Sequence record: OR545507.1
DNA: 64,000 nt
Reading direction: 5' to 3' (one strand)
Positions 11,962 through 21,463 of this stretch are shown here, in pieces; position 1 is the stretch's first letter, and the number at the start of each line of letters is the position of its first letter. The notes beneath the pieces were generated by a model, which searched no databases, was not told where the DNA came from, and was given only the letters and a program-made list of their open reading frames with translations. Both the position numbers and the translations under genes were made by a program.

Positions 11962-13074
11962 TTAGAACATTTGTTTGATTGCTTCGTAACGAAGTTCACA
12001 AACAAAATCACGAATTTCTGACGTTTCAAGTTCACCATCTTTGACCATTTGCTGAATATCAGGCAATTCAACATCAGTATAACGATCATAAACTTTAATA
12101 ATTAGATCTTCAAGTTCTAAATCAATTTCTTTTCGCAAAATGAAGTATTCCAAAACTTTATAAAGGAATTCTTCACCTCCGTTATTTTTAATATTCATAT
12201 CCAATAAAATATTACCCATTTCAATAGGGGTCTTTTTACGGAATGTTTTGATATCATCACGGAAACGTTTGATATAATTACTAAATTTAACATACTTAAC
12301 TGGAACTTTAATAGCACCGTTAAGTACTGAATCATTATTTACTTCTTCATTTTCAAGAAGAATAGACCACAGAAAATATGGTTTATATACATCAGTACAG
12401 TTATCTGAAATATAATCAATAAGGTCTAAATTCTTTTTGGTCAAAGATGTATTAAACACCTTTTCGTAATAACCAAATTTACTTAGCGTCTTAAGGAACT
12501 TTGAAGGCTTTTCTTCAGAAAATGATTTTTCGAATTCCACAAAAACACGGTCAGGAACAAGATGATTTAGCTCACCACTATTGACCATTCCAATAGCGAG
12601 TTCCTCAGTGCTTTCATGGATAGTAAAGTCTGAATAACGAGTAGCAAATCGAGCAAGACGTAACACGCGTAATGGATCTTCTTTAAAATGGTCAGAAACA
12701 TGACGTAGTATCTTGTTCTTGATATCAGCTTTACCACCGTATGGATCGATGTGAATTTGTAGTACTGGATCATACGCAATTGCATTAATTGTAAGGTCAC
12801 GGCGATACAAATCTTGTTCTAGTGTTACGCCTTTTGTATCCACTTCAAAGCCACCATATCCAGTACCAGTTTTACGCTCAGTACGGGCTAATGCGTGTTC
12901 ATTACCTTCTGGACTTAGATATACTGGGAAATCCTTACCTACTTGCTTATAGCCAATACTTTGCAAGTACTTAAGATCAGATTCGGATGCACCAACAATG
13001 ACATAATCTTTGTCTTTTGCACGGATGCCCATTAAACGGTCACGGACGTAACCGCCAACCAAATACTTTTTCAT
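11962..13074 (-). CDS. cca: tRNA nucleotidyltransferase (CCA-adding enzyme, short form lacking HD domain)
   Basis: YLVGGYVRDRLMG...DKDYV...DLYRRDLTINAIA...EDPLRVLRLARF. Confidence 0.95.
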   Translation of the reverse strand: MKKYLVGGYVRDRLMGIRAKDKDYVIVGASESDLKYLQSIGYKQVGKDFPVYLSPEGNEHALARTERKTGTGYGGFEVDTKGVTLEQDLYRRDLTINAIAYDPVLQIHIDPYGGKADIKNKILRHVSDHFKEDPLRVLRLARFATRYSDFTIHESTEELAIGMVNSGELNHLVPDRVFVEFEKSFSEEKPSKFLKTLSKFGYYEKVFNTSLTKKNLDLIDYISDNCTDVYKPYFLWSILLENEEVNNDSVLNGAIKVPVKYVKFSNYIKRFRDDIKTFRKKTPIEMGNILLDMNIKNNGGEEFLYKVLEYFILRKEIDLELEDLIIKVYDRYTDVELPDIQQMVKDGELETSEIRDFVCELRYEAIKQMF

Positions 13075-13075
13075 G

Positions 13076-13198
13076 TTATTCCCCCATCAACCAATCACGT
13101 AGACGTTCCCAGAAGCCTTTTGGTTGGTATTCTGGGTATTCATATTCATCTGTGCCTTGCTCGGAAACACCCCAATCTTCTTCTAACATAGCAATCAT
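13076..13198 (-). CDS. Small acidic hypothetical protein (40 aa)
   Basis: GGAGG RBS; MIAMLEEDWGVSEQG...; not in the ORF track. Confidence 0.55.
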   Translation of the reverse strand: MIAMLEEDWGVSEQGTDEYEYPEYQPKGFWERLRDWLMGE

Positions 13199-13209
13199 AA
13201 TGCCTCCAA

Positions 13210-13632
13210 TTAAATTAATCTATCACGTAGACGGTCGTAATATTTTTTGTGTATAGCTAGTATACACTGATATGCAGAATAGTCAATACCAAATGTATCA
13301 TCAATGAACATGTACTGATCAAGTGTTTCCGGTCCATTATCATCAACTGGTAATGTCCCTTCTTTTTTTGATAGTGTGTGCCACATCAACTCACTTTCAA
13401 TATGGTGAGTTGCGTATGTCAATTCTATCTTACTTTTTCGTAGTAAAATTAACAATTCATCATTGTCGTCGAGTGCATTACGAAATTTAATACGAACTGT
13501 ACCCTGGAAATTATTAGTGTACATAACACGATGATGATTGTATGAAATCAAACCACGTCTTTCAGTACTGATTTCGTGTTCAGCAAAGTACTTTAACGTT
13601 TCATTAAATTTTGGAATTTTAGTAACGTCCAA
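13210..13632 (-). CDS. Hypothetical protein, GTLP-QY-DDTFGID family
   Basis: Paralog of 13619..14035. Confidence 0.7.
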   Translation of the reverse strand: MDVTKIPKFNETLKYFAEHEISTERRGLISYNHHRVMYTNNFQGTVRIKFRNALDDNDELLILLRKSKIELTYATHHIESELMWHTLSKKEGTLPVDDNGPETLDQYMFIDDTFGIDYSAYQCILAIHKKYYDRLRDRLI

Positions 13633-14035
13633 TCACATAATCCTCATAAAGTTCGTATACCCTCATTATACTCTGATATGTATCAAAGTCAATACCAAAG
13701 GTATCCTCAATGAACTGATATTGCAAAAACTCTTCCTCTGTAGCAGCAATAGGAAGAGTCCCGTTTCGTTGTTCTGTGGATTGAACATCCTCAATATACA
13801 TCAACACTATACCTTCATCCAGATTTATATCTATCATAAAAACATCTTCACTATAAAATATGTTATATGTACGGATGAAGAGATTTCCTGTTCTATCATA
13901 ACTTGACACGTGTGTTTCATAATACATTTTATCTAAACTAAAGAACAAACCTGTACTATCTGGCTTTTTAGTATTTTTTAATTTAATTTCGATAGCATCA
14001 ATAATAGGTTTAATATCAAACTTTTTCATAGACAA
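13619..14035 (-). CDS. Hypothetical protein, GTLP-QY-EDTFGID family
   Basis: Paralog of 13210..13632. Confidence 0.7.
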   Translation of the reverse strand: MSMKKFDIKPIIDAIEIKLKNTKKPDSTGLFFSLDKMYYETHVSSYDRTGNLFIRTYNIFYSEDVFMIDINLDEGIVLMYIEDVQSTEQRNGTLPIAATEEEFLQYQFIEDTFGIDFDTYQSIMRVYELYEDYVIGRY

Positions 14036-14211
14036 ATCTCATATCGATTAGTGTTTGGATCATAGCAATAATTATCATTAACTTTAACACCAGGTTTAAG
14101 TGTTATTGTTGTTCCTACTTCAGTACTGGGTTCTGCATCACAATAAATCATCACACCAACCCCGACTAGTAAGGATATGATACATATAACTATACATATT
14201 GTATATTCCAT
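14026..14211 (-). CDS. Small membrane protein
   Basis: N-terminal hydrophobic helix. Confidence 0.6.
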   Translation of the reverse strand: MEYTICIVICIISLLVGVGVMIYCDAEPSTEVGTTITLKPGVKVNDNYCYDPNTNRYEICL

Positions 14212-14224
14212 ACATTTATCTCCA

Positions 14225-14620
14225 TTATAAAAAGCAATTATACAGTTTATTGTACAATATAAAAAGGTCTTTCACATTATCATAAGTAATATCAGATACA
14301 TCATGAATTAATGATAACTGAAAAAATGAAGCTTCGTCTATTTCTGCTGGAATTATAACATCACCATCTTCTTCGTCCATTTTATTGGTGTAGTATTTTA
14401 TGTGATCTACATTCAACTCAATAGAGAACGCAATGTTGGTTTTTGTATAATCTTCAATTAATCCAATATATTGAGATTTTTCATTAATAAAAAATCCAAT
14501 CCCAACACAACGGTTATCTGGATATGGATAGTACCATCTATTAATAACTAGGTGTTCAGGTAAGTCCATATCATGTGTTGATATTAGAGATTTTACAATT
14601 TCCATCCAGGAATAATTCAT
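14225..14620 (-). CDS. Hypothetical protein (EE/EA-FFQ family)
   Basis: DEASFFQLSLI motif shared with 30430..30831. Confidence 0.65.
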   Translation of the reverse strand: MNYSWMEIVKSLISTHDMDLPEHLVINRWYYPYPDNRCVGIGFFINEKSQYIGLIEDYTKTNIAFSIELNVDHIKYYTNKMDEEDGDVIIPAEIDEASFFQLSLIHDVSDITYDNVKDLFILYNKLYNCFL

Positions 14621-14637
14621 AATTAAAACTCCATAAG

Positions 14638-14665
14638 AAAAGGGACAGAATTAATCTGTCCCTTT
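14638..14665 (-). terminator. Rho-independent terminator
   Basis: AAGGGACAGA-ttaat-TCTGTCCCTT plus T-run. Confidence 0.8.
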
Positions 14666-14673
14666 AGTATATA

Positions 14674-15006
14674 TTACTCTTCGTTTTCTGTCAAATCATC
14701 AAGAACTGGGTGTTCTGGATGGTTTCGGCGGTGTAATTTAATGCTTTTGTCTTTACTGAATACAGTTTCCATCTTATCAAAAGATTCAACAATTGCTTTA
14801 TACAAATCAGCATCATCAGCAGTTACTGATTTACTACCAGCAGTTAAAGTTACAGCATATTGAGTTTTATGCTCTTTCTTAACATGAACACCAATGTCTA
14901 GTACTGAAGAAGTACGGTACTTATCCAGACTTTTTGCTTCATTGTAAATAGCATCTTGGATTGCTGGAGTGATATCAACGTTGCCTTGGATATTTAGATT
15001 TAGCAT
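14674..15006 (-). CDS. hpf: Ribosome hibernation promoting factor (HPF/RaiA family)
   Basis: LNIQGNVDITPAI...DLYKAIVESFDKME matches HPF terminal motifs. Confidence 0.8.
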   Translation of the reverse strand: MLNLNIQGNVDITPAIQDAIYNEAKSLDKYRTSSVLDIGVHVKKEHKTQYAVTLTAGSKSVTADDADLYKAIVESFDKMETVFSKDKSIKLHRRNHPEHPVLDDLTENEE

Positions 15007-15023
15007 ACTTCACCTTCCTTTTT

Positions 15024-15950
15024 TTAGAGTGAACTTAACAACAAATCTGCTCGGTTTGTAACTTGACGATACCATAAGGAATTCATAATTTCTTTTTTAA
15101 ATTTCTTAGGGTTATCATTTTTCACACTTTTCCAAAGTTTATTAAACGTTGCTAATTTATCAACACCCATTGTATAGGACATTTCATAAAGAATACGTTG
15201 TTGTTCTTTGGTCAGATTTACTGCTTCTTTTTTCTGCATCAATAATAAAAAGTCATTATATGTTCTTTTCATATCTTGCATTAAAAGTTTATTGGCTTGA
15301 GCTTTGGTAATACCGTTTCTGTACTTAATCGCATCAGATTCTTTTCTACCCAAATAATGCCCATAACCTATTGTATAATTACCTTTCATGTCCTTGTAGG
15401 GATGAAATTTAGAATTGTGGAAAGGAACTCCGACTTTCCCACCAAGTAAACGGCGTTTGTTCTTGGACTGAAATTCAATTGAACCTTCAGCTTCTTTGAT
15501 GTGATTGACAATTTCTGGATCATTATAATCAAACAGTACAGTCACATCTGGTAACAATACGTTCTTCAAATCCTCTTTTGTTGGGATAAAGATACCCTGA
15601 GAAGTATGAAGAGTAGCATTTAAATTGATATTTTTCAACAAAATAACATACTCTTCAAGTTGTACATTTTTAGGTTTAAACTTTTTAGCAATAGAATAAT
15701 AACTATCACCAGGTTGAACCGTATAATGCTTCTCGCCGCGTGGAACATCCTTTGATATTTCTACCTTTGGTAATTCCTGCTTTTGAATTTGCGTAACTTG
15801 TGGTTTTAAATTGTGTACCTGACTTTCGTCCGATGATGATACACGATCATTTTGAGAAAAACCATAAAATCCAATCGCAGCGACAAGTACTGTGCAAACT
15901 AGAACACCATAAGTAGTCTTAGTTTTCAGTGCTTTTTTCGCTTGTTTCAA
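15024..15950 (-). CDS. Membrane-anchored LysM plus T4-type lysozyme domain protein
   Basis: AAGGAGG RBS before TTG at 15950; TM segment; LysM YTVQPGDSYYSIAKKF; lysozyme E...YKDMKGNYTIGYGH...YEMSYTMG...WYRQVTNRA. Confidence 0.85.
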   Translation of the reverse strand: MKQAKKALKTKTTYGVLVCTVLVAAIGFYGFSQNDRVSSSDESQVHNLKPQVTQIQKQELPKVEISKDVPRGEKHYTVQPGDSYYSIAKKFKPKNVQLEEYVILLKNINLNATLHTSQGIFIPTKEDLKNVLLPDVTVLFDYNDPEIVNHIKEAEGSIEFQSKNKRRLLGGKVGVPFHNSKFHPYKDMKGNYTIGYGHYLGRKESDAIKYRNGITKAQANKLLMQDMKRTYNDFLLLMQKKEAVNLTKEQQRILYEMSYTMGVDKLATFNKLWKSVKNDNPKKFKKEIMNSLWYRQVTNRADLLLSSL

Positions 15951-16066
15951 AACGCCTCCTTTGTTGATTGTTAAGATGGGCAATCACAAAGATGGCAAAG
16001 AGGCCATTTGTAAAAGCCTCATCGGACTTTCTACAGTACAAAAACGTTCTTTTCAAATGTTTAAGT

Positions 16067-16094
16067 AGTATAGCATATTTTTATTTTATTACAA
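16067..16094 (-). promoter_or_regulatory. Sigma70-like promoter TTGTAA-16-TATACT
   Basis: Minus-strand match with TG extension, upstream of the lysozyme leader. Confidence 0.55.
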
Positions 16095-16118
16095 GACATA
16101 TTTACTGTAAAAACCACA

Positions 16119-16529
16119 TTAATCGTAGTAGGTTCTACCTACAGTGATGTGATATTTAAAGTACTTGGTTGGTAGTCCTAGTTCATTTCTAATATGTGTG
16201 ATGAAATCATCTTCAAATTCAATGATAAAGAATGAACCTGGATTCTTTTTATCTTTTACTATCTCAATACAAGGATTGAACTTTATCTTTACTTTCATTC
16301 CATCGTACTTTTTCCAGTACTCTGGATTTGGTGGCACTTCACCACGAACGATACTGACATGTGCTCCCCATTGTGGGTCTTTAATATCAATATGTAAGTC
16401 AGTTCTGATGAAGTACTGGTAGTATCGAACCAACTGTAATGGAAGTTGTAGTACTAACCAGAAGTCCTTCTTCTTTTTCATAGTGCCACGTTCTGGATCA
16501 TACACCAGAGTTCCTTCCATTTCAATCAT
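16119..16529 (-). CDS. 2H phosphoesterase superfamily protein
   Basis: Two Hx(S/T) motifs: GAHVSIV and YHITVG. Confidence 0.7.
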   Translation of the reverse strand: MIEMEGTLVYDPERGTMKKKKDFWLVLQLPLQLVRYYQYFIRTDLHIDIKDPQWGAHVSIVRGEVPPNPEYWKKYDGMKVKIKFNPCIEIVKDKKNPGSFFIIEFEDDFITHIRNELGLPTKYFKYHITVGRTYYD

Positions 16530-16536
16530 ATGTTAC

Positions 16537-16755
16537 CTATAAAATTACATATATGTTTTTATTTTCAATACGAACATATGTTTCCAAAACATCTTTCGGA
16601 ATTTTATTACTTGTTTTGAACCATGTAGTATTCTCTACTAAAACAAAAGTTTCACCTTCAGTTTCACCAAATGTACTTAGTGCATAAATGAAGTAATTGG
16701 GTGATGCACTACAATATATATCAGCATTAATTTCAATCATACTTTTACACCACAA
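16537..16755 (-). CDS. Hypothetical protein
   Basis: ORF in a contiguous minus-strand run. Confidence 0.55.
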   Translation of the reverse strand: MWCKSMIEINADIYCSASPNYFIYALSTFGETEGETFVLVENTTWFKTSNKIPKDVLETYVRIENKNIYVIL

Positions 16756-16887
16756 TAAAACTTAATACAACAAGTGTAATAAACACACCCACAATAGCAG
16801 TCATTTCTGGGTTTGCATCATATGTATAGCGTATACATTTTAGAAAATCTTTACCAAATTTCTTTAGTCCATTCATATATTTTCCTT

Positions 16888-17244
16888 TTATTTCTTGTGT
16901 AAAGGTTCATCACTTTCATAATAAATTGTATCATTATTTCGCTCTATAGTAAAGCTCTTTTGACACAACTCTTCAGCTAAACCCTTTGCATAGTTTAATA
17001 CATCTCGGTTGAGATATACTTCTTCTTTTGGAAAGCGTGGGTACTGAATAATACGAGCACACATCCCACTTTCAAGACCGCCAGTGTAGATATATTCACA
17101 GGGAATTAATTGTACACAAAAGCCATGCTTAAACGCAAATTTTCTTGTGTACTCTCTTGCTGTTTGAATATCACCAGCAATATGGATATTCCAGTACTGT
17201 GTCTCCACTGTACCTTTATCGATGTATTTCATACTCATCTCCAA
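16888..17244 (-). CDS. Conserved phage hypothetical protein
   Basis: CVQLIPCEYIYTGGLESG...IIQYPRFP. Confidence 0.7.
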   Translation of the reverse strand: MEMSMKYIDKGTVETQYWNIHIAGDIQTAREYTRKFAFKHGFCVQLIPCEYIYTGGLESGMCARIIQYPRFPKEEVYLNRDVLNYAKGLAEELCQKSFTIERNNDTIYYESDEPLHKK

Positions 17245-17261
17245 TTATAGCACTAAAAATC

Positions 17262-17651
17262 TCACTTTCCCAACTCTTCTATGATTCTTTTTATTGAATC
17301 ATGGTTTTCCAGACATAAAGTACTGAAATTTCTACCTGTTTTTTCATTTAGTTCGCTGATTTCAAGCATAAGATATCCATATGTAATATCTTGAACCCTA
17401 CTTCGTTTTACCCTTGAGTACAGCTTGATTGGTACTGATACACGAGTATTCAAAAAGAATTCTGGCAAATCATAACGATATACCAGGTATTCATTCTTGT
17501 AACGTTTACGACTGTACGATTCGAAACACTGCGGATAACGTCTATCAAACATACTACTTCTTAGTTGAAGTATGATTGGATCTAACTTATGTGAGTAATA
17601 TTTTTTGATTATTTTATCAAATCTTTTTACATGTCGTTTACGCCATCTCAT
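17262..17651 (-). CDS. Hypothetical basic protein
   Basis: 129-aa ORF, ATGA-coupled to the upstream gene. Confidence 0.65.
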   Translation of the reverse strand: MRWRKRHVKRFDKIIKKYYSHKLDPIILQLRSSMFDRRYPQCFESYSRKRYKNEYLVYRYDLPEFFLNTRVSVPIKLYSRVKRSRVQDITYGYLMLEISELNEKTGRNFSTLCLENHDSIKRIIEELGK

Positions 17652-18100
17652 GTTCTAACTCCTTTCAATAATACAATAGGAAAATACTGTGTATCTGTAT
17701 CAGAAATACTATTACAGTACTCAATAATTTCTTGATGGAGTGTGTTTATATAAATGCTAGGATATGGAATTGGTGTTTGTATTAGTCCAGAACTATAAAC
17801 ACAATCAGTTCTTTGACAATCAATATAGTGTGTTGTTGGTATATCTTTACCACGTTCCTCAACTACAATTGAGTACGAGTCAGCAATAAAAATGAACGCA
17901 TTGTTAATTGATACATATTGTAGGGAATACACATCATCATGAACTTCAATCAAAGGACCATCAAAATTCATCAATACCGAACGACGATATCCTAACACAT
18001 CACTCATTGCATCGAACTGTTCTTGTGATGAAAGATAACAAAAACACGTATCACGACATACGTCAATAAAACGCTTAAATGTTTCTGTTTCTATAAGCAT
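17648..18100 (-). CDS. Hypothetical protein
   Basis: AAGGA RBS before ATG at 18100. Confidence 0.65.
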   Translation of the reverse strand: MLIETETFKRFIDVCRDTCFCYLSSQEQFDAMSDVLGYRRSVLMNFDGPLIEVHDDVYSLQYVSINNAFIFIADSYSIVVEERGKDIPTTHYIDCQRTDCVYSSGLIQTPIPYPSIYINTLHQEIIEYCNSISDTDTQYFPIVLLKGVRT

Positions 18101-18145
18101 ATAATTTTCCTTAAAAAAGACCCCACATAGTGAGGTCAAATACAT

Positions 18146-18370
18146 TTAATCGTTATCATCATCCAATGCGTCACGGTAAACATAATAAACATGTGCACCT
18201 AGCAGAGCAATAAGTACAATAAAGATTAACCAGAATGGTACAAAATGCAGTACTAGTGAAAACGCCAGTACTGTAATAACCATTACAACTGAACTGAAAA
18301 TAAGACTTACTGCTTTTTCAAATCCAGATAGTAATTTTTTAAAGATTTTTTTCATAAATGAATCAACCAT
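18146..18370 (-). CDS. Small two-TM membrane protein
   Basis: Two hydrophobic helices. Confidence 0.6.
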   Translation of the reverse strand: MVDSFMKKIFKKLLSGFEKAVSLIFSSVVMVITVLAFSLVLHFVPFWLIFIVLIALLGAHVYYVYRDALDDDND

Positions 18371-18713
18371 TTTTAATCCTCAAGAAAGTATGCTTACATT
18401 TTAGTTTATTACCATAGAATGAAATAGGAACATTAAACATTTCAATCTTATCTTCTTTCAACAAACGTAGAATATCAGGATCGTTTTTTGTTTGAATGCA
18501 ATGAAGACCATTAACCTGAATTTCTAAACCTTTCTTTAGATATTCATAAATTTTTTGACGACGCATCCCACCATAACTATCATTATGTACCACATCACGT
18601 AATTCTTTATATTCTTGCTTCAATGCTCGGTCTACAAGTGTTCCATCTTTCTTCCTGATCTCTGCAATACATTTATATTGATTTGAACCTCTAAGAGCCA
18701 TGTTGTACCTCAT
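18363..18713 (-). CDS. Hypothetical protein
   Basis: ORF in operon. Confidence 0.6.
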   Translation of the reverse strand: MRYNMALRGSNQYKCIAEIRKKDGTLVDRALKQEYKELRDVVHNDSYGGMRRQKIYEYLKKGLEIQVNGLHCIQTKNDPDILRLLKEDKIEMFNVPISFYGNKLKCKHTFLRIKNG

Positions 18714-19170
18714 TAGGGTATTTTTTCATCAATTCGTGTAAACGCTGAATCTCTTGTTCTTTTTTTCTATCACTCTCGTATTTTCGAGAAAGTTTCTTTT
18801 TTGTATTTGCTTCTTCTAATCTAATATCAGTACAGAATTTGTCATTTTTAAAAAAATTGATACGCAATGCATCGAAAACAGACTTGAAATCGTTTCCTAA
18901 TTCTTTAGATGTGTCAGTATGATTATGAAAATACATATTATTTGTCATATTTACATGTTCAATTACTGCACCATTGTGCGTTACGATAAACATTATATCT
19001 CCATACTGTTCACGTGGTTCTGTACGATACAGATATATATGTTGACGTAAATAATCTTTTAATTCATGTTCAATGCCACTTTGTTCATAACTTTGATATA
19101 CTAAAACCTCACCATCAGTTGAACTGTTGTCAGATTCATATGGTTCGCGGATAATTATAAGATTATACAT
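18691..19170 (-). CDS. Hypothetical protein
   Basis: ORF with AAGGAG RBS; C-terminus EIQRLHELMKKYP. Confidence 0.65.
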   Translation of the reverse strand: MYNLIIIREPYESDNSSTDGEVLVYQSYEQSGIEHELKDYLRQHIYLYRTEPREQYGDIMFIVTHNGAVIEHVNMTNNMYFHNHTDTSKELGNDFKSVFDALRINFFKNDKFCTDIRLEEANTKKKLSRKYESDRKKEQEIQRLHELMKKYPNEVQHGS

Positions 19171-19178
19171 ATTACTCC

Positions 19179-19460
19179 TTATACCGGAGATACGGTACTC
19201 AACATTAGTAAAGCTGTATTTTCATCAATTTCATGATAGTTGTCGCATACAAGTGTTTCCAACAAATCAGGATGATAATAATAATGTTCATAATCAGTAT
19301 CATTAGGAATATGATGATATACAAATACAATATCAAAAACATCATCATCATTTTCACACTTGAAACGCTTTAATTCATCGACACTTTCAACAAAGCCATA
19401 TTCTTCAAAAGCAGTTGTACCATCTGGTAGTTTCATCCATGCACTTGCAACAATTTTCAT
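19179..19460 (-). CDS. Hypothetical protein
   Basis: ORF with AAGGA RBS. Confidence 0.6.
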   Translation of the reverse strand: MKIVASAWMKLPDGTTAFEEYGFVESVDELKRFKCENDDDVFDIVFVYHHIPNDTDYEHYYYHPDLLETLVCDNYHEIDENTALLMLSTVSPV

Positions 19461-19477
19461 AAATTTGTGAATCCTTA

Positions 19478-20062
19478 TTATTTTGTAATGTTTAGTTTAG
19501 AAACGAAGTATTCTTTGGCTTCTTCATATGTCATTGAAGTATACATAGGATTCCATTTATCGTCAATATCGATAAGTACTTTAACTTCCATTACATCTTC
19601 TGGTGTATAGAATTGCCATGTATTGTGATCTGGCTCATAGTTAGGGTCCAGTACAAAAACCGTACCATCCTGACCATAAACTTCTCCATCCTCTAATAGC
19701 TCACGGAAGAAATCTTCTCCAGTAGTTGGGTCTTCGTATGCATTATAAAAACGAAAAACAACATTCTCAACATCTGTTCGGGTAGTACCATCGTCTTCAT
19801 CATATTCCACCAAACGGTCCTGATGAAATACTAGGTCAATTGCACCAATGCGAGGTTTATTATGTGGAGTTTTGATTTCTTGCTGGGAATTGTAATCAAT
19901 ACGTTCAGTACTGATGAATACTCCACTAGGGGTAATTTCAATACCAGACACATTTTCTGGTGAATAGTAAGCGTCACACATGTCATCAATGTGCATGTGC
20001 TCATGATACACTTCCATTTCAGGATTCTGCAACAACAGTGCTGCTAAGTCTTTTGCTTTCAA
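19478..20062 (-). CDS. Hypothetical protein, paralog of 20798..21415
   Basis: MKAKDLAALLLQNPEMEVYH vs MKSHELAKLLLSQPNLEIYH; shared MTYEEA/MSYDEA ending. Confidence 0.7.
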   Translation of the reverse strand: MKAKDLAALLLQNPEMEVYHEHMHIDDMCDAYYSPENVSGIEITPSGVFISTERIDYNSQQEIKTPHNKPRIGAIDLVFHQDRLVEYDEDDGTTRTDVENVVFRFYNAYEDPTTGEDFFRELLEDGEVYGQDGTVFVLDPNYEPDHNTWQFYTPEDVMEVKVLIDIDDKWNPMYTSMTYEEAKEYFVSKLNITK

Positions 20063-20451
20063 TCTACAATCTCCATAGAATTATCATCATCATAATCATC
20101 ACTGGTGTACTTAGTTTTTACCTCAATACCATTCTCATGTAGGTATGTGATAAAACCATTACCATAAACGAATTGATTATAATATGTATTTTCTTCTACA
20201 TGTGCATCATAATCATCTTCATAATATGTGGGTATTGTAACATCATGACCTACACTTTGCAAGTACTGGAACAATTCTTTCAGTACTACTTCGATATCAC
20301 CTTCTTCTGTGCCATAACAATATGCAGGTTCACCGTGAGTGAATTTGAAACCTTTACAGGAAACTGTATAAATGTCACTCATTTGTATACCACAATCATC
20401 ACATTCATGTATAGAACAATGCTGGTGGAATTTAATCTTTTTGATTTGCAT
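20059..20451 (-). CDS. Hypothetical acidic protein with HxCxxC
   Basis: HECDDCG motif. Confidence 0.6.
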   Translation of the reverse strand: MQIKKIKFHQHCSIHECDDCGIQMSDIYTVSCKGFKFTHGEPAYCYGTEEGDIEVVLKELFQYLQSVGHDVTIPTYYEDDYDAHVEENTYYNQFVYGNGFITYLHENGIEVKTKYTSDDYDDDNSMEIVD

Positions 20452-20791
20452 TTAGAAAATCCTGTAAAGATGTAGTAGACATTGGACTATCAGCACCATC
20501 ATACCACAGTGATGTATATGGCTGAACTGAACTAATATCAATACAGAATCCTTCACGCTCACATTTTCGAGCGAATTCTTCAGTAGTTAGTTTGTTACCA
20601 AAAGAAATCTCAAATTCATAACTAGACATATCAATATCAGTACTGTAAATCAATGCACCATCATATGTAATATGGAGTTTAGAATCTGCGTCAAAAAGAC
20701 GATCTGAAATAGCTTCATAATCATCTTCAGGAACTGCTTCAATAAGACGTGCCATTAGTCCAGATGTTACGCGGTAATCACTCATGTTCAA
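20432..20791 (-). CDS. Hypothetical protein
   Basis: ORF in operon. Confidence 0.6.
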   Translation of the reverse strand: MNMSDYRVTSGLMARLIEAVPEDDYEAISDRLFDADSKLHITYDGALIYSTDIDMSSYEFEISFGNKLTTEEFARKCEREGFCIDISSVQPYTSLWYDGADSPMSTTSLQDFLNANQKD

Positions 20792-20797
20792 CCTCTT

Positions 20798-21415
20798 TTA
20801 TTTTTCAATTTTATCAATCATAGAAGGTGATACTTTAACATTGAATTCAGAATCAGGAAAATCTTTAGAAAATGATTCATTTTGTTCTTGTGAAAGTTCT
20901 TTTTTCGGTGGAAATAACATTTTGGCTAAATTTTTACCACATTCAATTGCTTCATCATATGACATATTTTCCCATGTTTCATGCCAAGTATTAGGATCAT
21001 ATTCTGTCAGTACTGAAATGAAATCAATATCATCAGATGTATAACAAACAGCATGTTGATTAGAGAATTGTGTTGATTTATTTTTACCTAATAAAACAAT
21101 TGGCTTTTCATAAGGAATGTTAAATACCAACCCATATTCTAAGCTAAGAACAGTTTGAATATGTGAACCCTCCAATTTTGGAGTAATAGTACCATCCTTA
21201 AAGAAAATTTGCACATGACCCAAGAGGGGGGTTTCGTATGGTGTAAGTACATTTTCAGAAACTGATGTAGGTTTTACCGTTGTGAAAATACCAGATGGTG
21301 TAACCATTAATCTATTATCAAAATTCTGATAATGCAAGTCACTCTCTGCATCATAATGATAAATTTCTAGATTTGGTTGAGATAGTAGTAATTTTGCTAA
21401 CTCATGCGATTTCAT
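20798..21415 (-). CDS. Hypothetical protein, paralog of 19478..20062
   Basis: GGAG RBS before ATG at 21415. Confidence 0.7.
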   Translation of the reverse strand: MKSHELAKLLLSQPNLEIYHYDAESDLHYQNFDNRLMVTPSGIFTTVKPTSVSENVLTPYETPLLGHVQIFFKDGTITPKLEGSHIQTVLSLEYGLVFNIPYEKPIVLLGKNKSTQFSNQHAVCYTSDDIDFISVLTEYDPNTWHETWENMSYDEAIECGKNLAKMLFPPKKELSQEQNESFSKDFPDSEFNVKVSPSMIDKIEK

Positions 21416-21427
21416 ATTATTTCTCCA

Positions 21428-21457
21428 AAAGAAAAGGAGAGTCATAGCGACTCTCCA
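21428..21457 (-). terminator. Rho-independent terminator
   Basis: GGAGAGTC-gctat-GACTCTCC plus T-run. Confidence 0.8.
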
Positions 21458-21463
21458 TATAGT

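Noticed and set aside
13095-13235. Short repeat TCACGTAGACG twice
   Set aside because: Encodes similar RLRD peptides at two gene ends; too short to interpret
15951-16007. TGA read-through from ATG-GCC-TCT into the lysozyme ORF
   Set aside because: A stronger AAGGAGG-TTG start at 15950 explains the gene without read-through
16005-16035. CCGAUGAG resembling the hammerhead CUGAUGA core
   Set aside because: No stem II followed by GAAA in the required order, and a core mismatch
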